Positions 50,040-61,350 of a stretch of DNA of 64,000 bases are shown here, one piece after another. The position numbers were made by a program, and so were the translations under genes. Each line of letters begins with the position of its first letter. Within the stretch, counting starts at the first letter, position 1. The stretch is from positions 180,613,545 through 180,677,544 of the forward strand of contig NC_068981.1 of NCBI RefSeq assembly GCF_001194135.2, given 5' to 3'. This DNA is from Octopus bimaculoides. Its lineage: Eukaryota. The notes below the pieces were generated by a model. That model did no database searches, had not been told where the DNA came from, and saw only the letters and a program-made list of their open reading frames with translations.

Positions 50040-52881
50040 TTAGGGAATAAATTCCAAAACCTACAGGGAAAAGTTCAATTTAGCAATACTAAATCAAATT
50101 TCCCAATATAAAATATATGTAGAATAAAAGAAATGCGTAATATGGAAAGAATTATAGTACAATCAGATAAAACTAGGAACCTGTATAAACTAAATGTTAA
50201 ATTATATGATAACCTATTAGAAAAAGAAAGAAAGAAAAAATATAAAATTGTTCCAGAAAATACTCTTTATAATATAAATAAGGATTCTAAATTAATTATG
50301 GTAAAATATAGTTTAGATAATAAAACAGAACCTTATGTATCTATGCACCCGAGAATTACTTTAAAAGACCATAAGGATAAATTTTATTCTGACCCAAAAG
50401 TTAGACTTATTTGGAAATCAGATCTAGATAAATATATTAATATATTAATATATTAAATGAAATTAATTACCTTAAACTTTGAAATAGTACTAATGATACT
50501 TTAAAATGGTTTAATGGTATTAAAGATAGAAATAGATATAAATTCATACAGATATAGATATTTATTATTCTTCTATTAATGAGAATGAACTCAATAAGGC
50601 CCTAATTTATGCAATGAATACGGTAGGTATGACTTATGATGAAGCTAATGTAGTAAAAACGGCTAGGAAATCGTTGATTAGATATAATAATAAACTGTGG
50701 GCTAGGAAGGATACTAGGGACTATTTTGATATACCTATGGGGGCACCTGGTTCTGCACAGGCAACTGATTTAGTGGCTATTTATTTATTATCAGAACTTC
50801 AATGAGAAAAATTAAAGTTGGAGGGTGGTTTATTTAGGGATGACCTTTTATTAACAACTAAGGATTGCACCAATAGAATTATATAAGAAGAAACTATATA
50901 GTTTTTTTAAAAGATATGGATTAAGCATAACTATATATTATGAGAACTATAATGTTAATTACTTAGATGCTAATTTGAATTTAATAACAGGTAAGACCCA
51001 ACCATTCCATAAAATTAATGAAAACATTAGATATATTAATGCTAATAGTAATCATCCACCCTCAATTAAGAAATCGTTGACAGATAGGTAAAAGAATATC
51101 GTTGCTTTCTTCTAATTTTGAGATTTTCCAAAAACACGCACCTTATTATGATGACACCCTGAGGGATGTGGGATATAATAATAATATTAAATTTTTTAAT
51201 AATTCTAAATATAATTATAATATAAAAGATTATATTTTCAATGATTCCTATGTTTTTTTATGATAACAAACCAACAAATAATTATAAGTTTTATTTAGGT
51301 AATTATAGAATTAATAATAGGGATCATGATAATATGAAACATATAGTAGACTAAAAAATAAGATTAAATTTAATTCTTTTATTGATAATTTTTATATGAA
51401 AAATAAATGTAATAATATAAATAATAAGAACAAAATTTGGCTAATTATTCCTTATGGATCTCAAGTTAAAACAAAAATTATTAAAGAGATTTTAAATATA
51501 ATTGAGGTATTCATTAAAGATAATAAAAAAAATAACATTTTTTTCTAGTGATAATTTTGGAGTTGGTTACTCTACTACTAATAATGTTGGTAATAATATT
51601 TCTTCTTTTAATAAATTTAAGCTGAATAAGTTTTACAAAAGCAAATCGAGTAATTATTCCAATGATAATAATACAGACCAGAACATAATTAATTGTACAT
51701 GTAGAGATAAAAATAAATGTAAATTTAATAATAACTGTAATTTGGAGGATGTAGTATATAAATGTGTAGTGACTTTGCTTGATGATAATAGTATGAATGG
51801 TTATGATTTAAATACTATTTACATAGGGTCGACTTCTAACAAAATTAAATTACGTGTGGCTCAACATGAATTCTTTTAAGAATAGAAATTTAATTAATTC
51901 TACTGGCCTTAGTAAATATATATGGGAACCAAAATCTAAAAATATTATGTACAATTTAAATTGGGAGATAGTTTGTACGGCTAAATCTTATCAAATAGGT
52001 AGTGGTTCTTGTTTATTATGTACTAATGAATTTAAGGAAATATTATTTAACTGATAATAAAAAATTGATTAATTTCCCTAGATAAACGAAAAATTAACTG
52101 CAGACACAAATTAAATTACTTATATAATAAGTTTAGTTGAGTTGTGTATTTATATGAACCCTTGTTTATGTTACTAAATGTTCTAGTTATGATTTGTAGT
52201 AGTAGAATGTATAAATTAGCACGAAATTATAAAGGATGTATTACACATTTAGAATAACATTAAACTAAGATGTTTATAAAATAAATAAATTAATTAATGT
52301 AGATAGTTTGAATTATTGTAATTTAGCTTCATTTTGTATCTAATATATAATGTATTTTACGTATTTTAGATTTAAGTTATTTAGACTTTAATATTTTAAG
52401 TAAATGATATACTACAGTTATTTTTTCCTTATTCTCACATCTAAAATACATTAAGTTATCTTAACGGTTTAAATACATATTTCTATCTCATTATTCCATA
52501 ATTTTTTATTTACGCCATATTTTCACGCGATATATTTCATAAAAATGCTAAGTTCTACATATTACGTTTAAAATTTTAGCTTACAGCAATTCTTCGATAA
52601 GTTAAGTTGTGTTTTTATTTTAAGAAATATTGTTAAATATTTTTCGATTATTTATTTATTTATTGTTAAAACAAGTATTTTTTTAGATATTTAGTATAAG
52701 TTACAATACGTACATTGATTTTTTTTTTTTTTATTTTAGACCTAACGAGTGACTATATTTTTGAATAGATTTAACTGTAGATCAATTTGATTATTAAAAA
52801 AATATTAATTGAATTGGTTTTAGTAGTTATTTATTTGAAAATATAGCCACGAAACGTGCGTAGTCATTTTATACCATTTAC
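50040..52881 (+). mobile_element. AT-rich Naiad-type Penelope-like retroelement, decayed (RT + GIY-YIG + 3' region with hammerhead)
   Basis: Frameshifted ORF pieces: SDKTRNLYKL, ITLKDHKDKFYSDPKVRLI, FDIPMGAPGSAQATDLVAIY, GGLFRDD, VNYLDANLNL, NSNHPPSIKK, CTCRDKNKCKFNNNCNLEDVVY, IYIGST, STGLSKYIWE, CLLC, NCRH. Confidence 0.85.
52739..52865 (+). ncRNA. minimal type-I hammerhead ribozyme motif, core G5>A (probably inactive copy)
   Basis: GAC-CTAACGA-[stem II 52749-52770 pairing 52829-52850]-GAAAC-GTGC-GT-A-GTC; stem I GAC/GTC, stem III AC/GT, GUA site. Confidence 0.75.
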
Positions 52882-53160
52882 NNNNNNNNNNNNNNNNNNN
52901 NNNNNNNNNTAAGAGGGATGACCACCAAGTGGACATCCATTATGCTAGAAGAAGACCACCTATGGTCTGACCACTAAAAAAAGATTGTTCTCAAAAAAAT
53001 CATCCCTCTTATATGTATGTAATATAATTTTTCTGAATCATCAGATTTTTCAATATGATAGGCCACTGGTTTTAAATTGATATTAATAAAAAATTAATAT
53101 GCAACTTTTCACCCTTATTATTTAAATTTATATATATATACACACATACACACACACATA

Positions 53161-53293
53161 CAGCACGGTGAATAAACTGTCGTCTAAATTACACAAAAGT
53201 GAAAATAATACTCATGACTCGTTTTAACATATATTTGCCAAAATTACATAAAAGATATCTTGAAATACTAAAGAGTAAATTTATTCAATAAAA
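53161..53293 (-). mobile_element. terminal fragment of the DD37D transposon (TIR end only)
   Basis: Near-identical to 61351-61484, preceded by TA. Confidence 0.75.
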
Positions 53294-53671
53294 TCGCCTC
53301 ATCCGGTCCTCTACCTTGCTCTCGTATTCTCTCTCACTGCAAGTGTTCCCTGCGGTGCTCTTCATCCTTTGCACCTCGTCTCAGTTCTTGGTGCTGTCCG
53401 TCACTTTCTCTGATTTCCTGTTGATAAGCTGTTTTCTCTTGAAGCACAGCTGTTTATTCGATTATTACAATCAATATAAATCCATAGTTATATGTATGTA
53501 TGTATATCATGTGTATGTCAGTAAAGAGTCATGAAGTGTTTTAATCGAAAAAATCCACATCCGGGCTTATTTTTTAAAGCCTAGTATCAATACTTATTCT
53601 ATCGGGACGTAAACACCAACGCCGTCTGTCAAGCACTGATGTTGGGTGGGACAAACACACACACATAGTTG

Positions 53672-53913
53672 TGTAACGGTTGGGTCATCAGTTGTAACAA
53701 TGAAGTTAATTTCATAAACAATAGTATGGAAATGGAAGTTTGTGTTTGTAAACAATATTATGGAAAATGATAGTCGGTAAATGATACACAGTAGGATGGA
53801 ATGTCGGCGTCATAATGAGTTTGTAAGGATTGGTTTTTCGTTGATTGCCATTATGTAAATATAAAAGAACAGTGATTGAAGTTGTGAAGAAAATATTTAT
53901 TTTTACCGTTACA
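53672..53913 (-). mobile_element. ~243-bp element with TGTAACGGT/ACCGTTACA termini (short solo LTR or MITE)
   Basis: Perfect 9-bp terminal inverted repeats; copies at 59657-59899 (+) and 62878-~63020 (+, truncated). Confidence 0.7.
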
Positions 53914-54136
53914 TTTAATATACATTGCCTCGACGTGCCAAAATGTGTGCATCAGTGACTGGGCAGAGGTTTGATTGTTGTCTTGATATTTTTTGAATGA
54001 AATTTTTCGGAAGACCGTCAGACAGGTTGCACTTGTGACTGGAATGTCCATCTCTCTCTTTGTTTTTTCTCTCTCTCACCCTCACCCCCTCTCTGTGTGT
54101 GTGTAGATGTTTGCGATCTAGTTTGGATTCTTTGCC

Positions 54137-54543
54137 NNNNNNNNNNNNNNNNNNNNNNNNNNNNNNNNNNNNNNNNNNNNNNNNNNNNNNNNNNNNNNNN
54201 NNNNNNNNNNNNNNNNNNNNNNNNNNNNNNNNNNNNNNNNNNNNNNNNNNNNNNNNNNNNNNNNNNNNNNNNNNNNNNNNNNNNNNNNNNNNNNNNNNNN
54301 NNNNNNNNNNNNNNNNNNNNNNNNNNNNNNNNNNNNNNNNNNNNNNNNNNNNNNNNNNNNNNNNNNNNNNNNNNNNNNNNNNNNNNNNNNNNNNNNNNNN
54401 NNNNNNNNNNNNNNNNNNNNNNNNNNNNNNNNNNNNNNNNNNNNNNNNNNNNNNNNNNNNNNNNNNNNNNNNNNNNNNNNNNNNNNNNNNNNNNNNNNNN
54501 NNNNNNNNNNNNNNNNNNNNNNNNNNNNNNNNNNNNNNNNNNN
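54137..54543. other. assembly gap (N run); others at 52882-52909, 55255-55319, 63070-63267
   Basis: N bases. Confidence 1.
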
Positions 54544-55174
54544 GGAAAGAAAAGAAAGAGAATTTGACGTTTCGAGCGAAGCTCTTTGTTGGAAATATAG
54601 GAAAGTCTAAAGAAGGGAAGACAGAGGAAACACACACACACAAAGTATGGGGGTTTAATTCACAGGTAATCTAAACGATTAGATACGCTCGGTAAGTAAC
54701 GGATTACTAGGGCTCCAAGGTTGGAACCAACACGGTAGTTATGGAGCCATTGCGCGGTTTCCGAGGTAGCAGAACAATCATATGTGTGTGTGTAACTTAT
54801 CGGAGTTAAATTTTCTCCGTTTTGACGGACTTTTCAGATTTTTCTCCCACCAGGACTTTGAAATGATGGGGGTGGGGGACATCTTTTTATGACAACAAAA
54901 TTTGGAAAATTTACAATTTATATTTACTTGCGTAAGTGTCCTGATCTGAAATTCTGGCTCTAAATTTATGTATGTAAGATATATACACGACGGGCTTCTT
55001 TCAGTTTCTACTTACCAAATCCACTCACAAAGATTTGGTCGGACCTAGGCTATAGTAGAAGAGACTTGCCCAAGATACCTAACCCTACACCAATATGGTT
55101 GAGAAGGAAACTTCTGACCGCACAGTCACTCCTACATCTTTATCTCTTTCTCCTCTCTCTTTCTCTCCCCCTTC

Positions 55175-55211
<37 letters not shown>

Positions 55212-56433
55212 GTGTATATGTACATATATATGTATGTATATATAGTGTATATATNNNNNNNNNNNNNNNNNNNNNNNNNNNNNNNNNNNNNNNNNNNNNN
55301 NNNNNNNNNNNNNNNNNNNGTAAATGCCGCAAAAGGTGTATTTTCCGTCGCGAAAAGGTACAAAATACTGTCAGCTGGAGGAGGGAGAGATTGCTGGAGC
55401 TTGGCGAGAAAGTACTCTGACTCGTCGTGGCATTTTAAAGGTGAAATTTATGAAGGCCAAGTCATTAAAGGTAATATATAAATGTAGTATATATGTATAG
55501 AAATATATGAATGAAATGTTTCATGTTTAAAAATGAAATGAAGAAAGTGCAATAATAACGTTCACACTCACTGATGGTCGTTCTCAGTAACTGCCTTTAG
55601 CTTACGGAGTTCTTGTTTTTATAACTATCTAAAAGAAGCGAGAAGGATAGACATATTGTTGAGAACAAATGATTTCGTTGGTGGTCTGTTATCTCCATTG
55701 CAACCCCTGGTGGCCAAGAAGAGTTTAGAAAGGTCAAGTGGCAAAGGTATTATTCTGCTTAGCGAAAGCACCTGGGAGATGTATGACTGCTTACATTCAC
55801 AGAAAAACTATTGTTTTACCATGAGAAAAGCGCTGTTGAAGTGTTAAGTGAAATTTGGCAATCGAGGATCGAATCCACGCTATGCCTGCATAAAGCCACT
55901 ACAGATACGTTGTGGAATAAAAAAATTTATCTACTGTCATGGAAAAAGTGTAACTGTAAAAATGCAGAATTATCGTATTAATGGGCATCAAATATTGATC
56001 GCTTCGCTATAAACTGCAGGTGATATGGGTTATTTCCCTTGGGTTGTTTAAATAAAATATTAATAATATGTAGTAGATAGGAAGATCCATTCAACAGTCT
56101 AAGTATGTTACGAGGTTTCCAGACATGAGTTCTACTCACGTGTCAAATAAAGTATAAAAGCGATATTGTCTGCAAAGATTAGAAACTGGACACACAAAAC
56201 ATCAATATTCAAGGTAATCGAACATAAACAATGAAATGGTTTATTTCCTTTCAGTGTTTAAAAAAATATTGTACAGGTGTTATTTTACTTGGGCGTTTAA
56301 AAAAAAATTAGTTATATGAGGTAGATATAATGGTCCCTTCCAGGGGGCGTATTATCGATTTTTTTCAACAATCTAAGTATGTCACGAAGTTTCCAGACAT
56401 GAGTTCTACTCTGGTGTCAAGTTTCATCAAATT

Positions 56434-57595
56434 TGTAATAGAACGACCGTGCGAACCAAAGGAGAATGGCGACGAGACGGAAAAGGCTCCTTTTAACCAT
56501 GTCGCACGGTCGAACACAAAAACAAGATATTGAAGGCTCGTCGTGAGAGAGATAGGAGCCAAGTGCCAGAAGGAATCAGAGAGTGACAAACACAACCGTT
56601 AGATATATAAAGAGAATAAGTTTATTAACATAGTGAAACTGTTTGTGTCTGTGTGTGCGTGCATGCGGCATATATAAATAACACAGATAAGTCAGGCCTT
56701 CTTGTACAAGAGTATGTATACAACAATGTGAAATAACGGACAGTCGTATAAGCAATAGTGTATGCGGCATATATAAATAACACAGTAGATAAGTCAGGCC
56801 TTCGTGTACAAGAGTATGTATACAACAAATATGAAATGACGGATCGTCGTATAAGCAATAGTGTGTGTACAACAAGTGTGTGTGAGAGAGAGGAACACAG
56901 AACATAGAAAGAGTGTCTGTAACATAGACTGTAAAAAGTCTTAAAACACTGAGATAGAGAAAAAACAGTTCGTATAAGAGTTACACAAGATATAGAATGT
57001 TCATACGCAGGAAGTTGTGGCCAAGGAGCAGAGCTGTGGTATCACAATATGTATGTGTTGAGCGTCGATGCTACGACCGGTTACCTGATACGGAATATTC
57101 TCGCAAGTTAGTTCTGACTGTTGTTCGTGGTGGAAATAATCCACTCGTACAGTGTCGATATAAAACCGAGTTTGTTGATACTGGTGTGTACTCTGGTGGT
57201 GGGGTTGCTGGCGACGACATTAGTAGACAGTACATTGGTGGTGAAGACGTTGTCGCTGGAATCTGGCTGTAGCTGTGTTCTGTATGTGTGCGTGGTCAGC
57301 GACCAGACCTGTGAGAGATCTGAAATCGAAGACGACTGGCGTCATTGGATCGGGCTTATTTATAGATGAAATAGGGTTCACCGGAAACCCAGAAAAACTC
57401 TCAGTTACGTGACCTTATCTGAAGGCCACGATTGGACGGAATGCACCCTGGCGCGGAGCAGAACTGGGGACAATTGCCGCGCAAATGAGAACCAATCAGG
57501 GTGGTGGACAGAAGGGTCCAAGGCAGCCGAAGGCTAGATGTTAGCCGTTTCGTTATCATTTATGATTGAATGCCCGAGAGAGAGGTTTCACTACA
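56434..57595 (-). mobile_element. candidate solo LTR, 1162 bp
   Basis: TGTA/TACA termini; flanks AAATT/AAATC (4/5 TSD); TATAAATA and AATAAA on the minus strand; internal ~97-bp tandem duplication 56665-56863. Confidence 0.55.
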
Positions 57596-57839
57596 AAATC
57601 AATAAAACGCCACAAAGAAACACACACCGATTTTCCACAAAGTAGATAAGTGTGTGTGGTGGGAGGGGTGTATATGTGTGTGTATGTCTATATATATATA
57701 TGTGTGTGTGCATATATATGTGTGTGTATATGCATATATGTATACATATATATGTGTGTGTGCATATGTGTATATATATGTATATATATATGTATGTATA
57801 TAGATGTATGTATATAATATATATATAATATATGTGTCT

Positions 57840-57909
<70 letters not shown>

Positions 57910-58428
57910 ATAATGACCGAAGGGTTAGAAAAGCGTAAAAATAATTGAAGATGTACTGAAACAGAATTGAAGCCAAAACATTAAAAATTATTGGAAGTGG
58001 GTAGAAATAAATACTACGTAGTGTAATAGTACAATGCTAGGGTATCTGTAGAAAGTCGAGTGCGATTTCGGAATATAAAAAGGAAAAATTCGGATCTTTG
58101 GAATTTTCCGAAAGTCCTCTCCCCACCTCAAGATTTTCCCCACAAATTACTTTATAATCGTAATGTATGCCGTTTGAAAGGTATTTCTATAAAACTTCAC
58201 TGAAAAAAACCCCCATTTTCCTAAAAGTTATGAGGGAAAAACTCGGATCTTGTGAATTTTCCGAGCTCCTCTCCCCCACCTTCCCGTTGCTTTGCGCGCA
58301 TTTTTTTTTTCTCATATTCGCTTCCGACACATTTTTTAAAACCTGTTGCAATATGTTCTTGTGATTTTAGAACAAATATATAGTACGTGTGTTTATTTGG
58401 CAAAAAAAGGATCATCCCGAAATACATC

Positions 58429-58918
58429 TGTAGTGAATCTTGCAGGCATGAAGTGGATTCGATCCACCATAGCCAAATTTAAATTAACACTTCAACAGAC
58501 CTTTTCTCACGGTGGAACAATGGTTTCTCAGTGACAGCAGTTTTACATATGCCAGATAACAAGACCACCAACTAAATCTGTTGTTCTCAATGATATGTCT
58601 ATCCTTCTAGATAGTTATAAAAACAAGAACCCCCAAGCAAAAACTTCCTGACAACCCACTTTGTGAGAACGGAGTCTGGCTGACCGGCTAGAACAATTAT
58701 GGTATCTCTCCAACGTAGCAATTGTTTTCTCCCACACTCTTTCACTCTCACTACCTCTCTTTATTTCCCTTACATCATTTTATTTCTCTTTATCCACACA
58801 ATGACGAGAACACAAACACAGACTATACTTCTATCTTTACTTCGCATGCTTTACGATGTCATCACCTCCACGTCGAGGCAACAAATTTCAAGGCATCGCT
58901 TACAACTGGTGACCCCGA
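58429..58918 (+). mobile_element. LTR (58429-58904) with tRNA-Trp primer-binding site (58907-58918)
   Basis: TGTAGTG...TTACA, 2 nt, then TGGTGACCCCGA (complement of the eukaryotic tRNA-Trp 3' end); diverged relative at 62261-~62875. Confidence 0.7.
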
Positions 58919-60530
58919 GCGAAAGAATTGCTGCCTTCTGAAGCTAAATTCCGAACGAATTGGTGACTCCGTGTAAAGAGAATTGCTACCTTCTGATGCT
59001 ACATGCCGCTGCATTTTTGCTGATTTCGAACTAAAGAACTATAGTCTTCATATCAACAGTCGCTGAACCAAAGGAAAAGAATGACAACCTTCGTCACCAC
59101 CAAGATGCATCCTCTTTCGACCTGCTACAAAAAGCTCTATACTGCGATCGACGCTACGATGCACTTCATGAAAATGCAACACAGCCGACACAAGGAATTT
59201 GCAGACCATGGAAGCCACTAAATGCATCATTTCGACAGTTACGTGCCCAGAAACTAAGCGGAAGAAAATATGGGAGCACACACGTACAACATCTTCACAG
59301 CAAACTTGAACAAGAAGCGGGCGAAGAGTCGCTGGCCGGCGAAATTCATACAAGTTTTCTATTTCAGAGAGAAGGTGAGAGATAACTGGCATGTGTGTAA
59401 GGGAGGGAGAGAGAATGAGAAGGTGAGAGATAGTTGGCATGTGTGTAAGGGAGGGAGATTGCTTGTTGTTTGCTGCTTACCACAGCCACTGTTAGCATGC
59501 CAACTTCAAAAGAAATCGTGCTCTCTCTATCTCTTTCGCGTTCTTTCCCACTTCCCTAACCCAACACTTTTTACGGAAACTGCTGAATTGATGTAAACAA
59601 ACTCATGTGGTCTGATTTTGACGTTTCTAGGTACTGTACCGTAAGATCACCTAAATGTAACGGTAAAAATATATATTTTCTTCACAACTTCAATCACTGT
59701 TCTTTTATATTTATATAATGGCAATCAACGAAGAAGCAATTCTTACAAACTGATTACGATGCCGACATTCCATCCTACTGTGTATCATTTACCGACTATC
59801 ATTTTCCATAATATTGTTTACAAACATAAACTTCCATTTCCATACTATTGTTTATGAAATTAACTTCATCGTTACACCTGATGACCCAACCATTACACAA
59901 CTATGTGTTTGCGCGCGCGGGCGTGTGTGTGTGTGTGTGTATGGGTGCCAGGTATCACGATCTGATGTATATCGCAGCTGAAAAGCAGCAAACATCTCTG
60001 TCCTTATTCTTCTCTCTCTCAGTTTAAACTGAGATCTAAACATCCAAATTTTAATGCAGTAAATTTAGCTTGGCTATTCATCGTGCTCTGTGATAACCGC
60101 TATGTGCTTTAAAGCTGGTTCCTGAATTGTGGGGTTCTGTCGAGGAAAATTAGCGTTAGCTCGAGCAATTCCTTATAGTTGTAAATATTTGATAGTCGTC
60201 ATAGAGATATTAGTCTCTCTCTATCAACATAATTATATACTAAGTAACTGTAGAACAATTCAACAACATAATAAAAATAAGTTTTATTTTTGATGATGCT
60301 GGGTTATATAAATCCTGTGTCACCCAACTTAGCAGCCGCTGATTAATTTGTAGTTGGTTTTGGAAAGTTAAGAGCTTCCTTGATGCCTGCCAGAGAAGCA
60401 AGTAGCTATCATATCGAAGGCATCGAGGTGAAGAGTGCTTCATTGAGGAGCGAGGTGTTGTCACGTCGAAGGTCTCTTGTTCAACTGAGCTTACAAAGTG
60501 AAACAAACTCTTTAAGTACTAGTTTTACTA

Positions 60531-60619
60531 CGCATGCGCACTCAAGGGGCTTCCGGTGGTGAAGTCCCTTGTGCATGCGCAGAATAGTACTTCCTCAATG
60601 GCGGCTATAATTTCGCGCC
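60531..60619 (+). promoter_or_regulatory. housekeeping-promoter-like motif cluster (NRF1 x2, ETS, YY1-like, E2F)
   Basis: CGCATGCGCA 60531, CTTCCGG 60550, GTGCATGCGCA 60571, ATGGCGGC 60598, TTTCGCGCC 60611; motif matches only, no expression data. Confidence 0.4.
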
Positions 60620-60622
60620 ACT

Positions 60623-60813
60623 ACATAGTCATCATGAGGCTGCTGTTCATCAAGCTGAGCTTGAGCAAACTGAATCATTTCTTCAGCATTTGAGATTTTC
60701 TCTACAATGTTAATGTCATCTGTTGCTGTCTGGTAATTGTTCTTGTCAATTTCCACCCAGTTTGTTTTTAATCTCTTAAACAGTTGTATGTCGGGGCCAG
60801 TAGAAGATGGCAA
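60623..60813 (-). mobile_element. DNA transposase remnant (family uncertain, hAT-like)
   Basis: SSTGPDIQLFKRLKTNW..ID...IQFAQAQLDEQQPHDDY resembles a recurrent invertebrate DDE-transposase segment (GPDI.LFKRF...QPRDDY); assignment from memory. Confidence 0.45.
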
Positions 60814-61004
60814 GGAGACAGAAAATGTACAATAAATACAAACTGAAAAATGACATTATACAAAATGTTCAGTGGATGGTAGCAACCTCTAAAATGTCTT
60901 TAATTGTGCTTAAATTTTGCATGTTAAGTTTTTGCATTAAATTAAATAAAATTAGACGGTGTCTTCAAGTTTTTGAAATAAGTTATTTTGCGTCAACCTA
61001 ATAT

Positions 61005-61052
<48 letters not shown>

Positions 61053-61350
61053 CCCAACATCACAGCTTGACAGACGGTGTTGGTGTTTACGTCCCGATAG
61101 AATAAGTATTGATACTAGGCTTCAAAAAATAAACCCTGACGTGGATTTCTTCGATTAAAACACTTCATAACTCTTTACTGACACACATATATGCATTTAA
61201 TTATGGATTTATATTGATTGTAATAACAGAATAAACAGCTGTGTTTCAACAGAAAACAGCATATTATCATCTTGTGTTTATATGTGCGTATACACACACA
61301 AACACACACACACACACACACACGCACGCACGCACGTACGCACACACATA

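Noticed and set aside
50803-50805. In-frame TGA upstream of GLFRDD in the Naiad RT; some Naiads are reported to encode selenoproteins
   Set aside because: It is not at a conserved Cys position (the usual AEICELV site reads AQATDLV), the element has other stops and frameshifts, and no SECIS was recognised. A CGA>TGA or other decay mutation is more likely.
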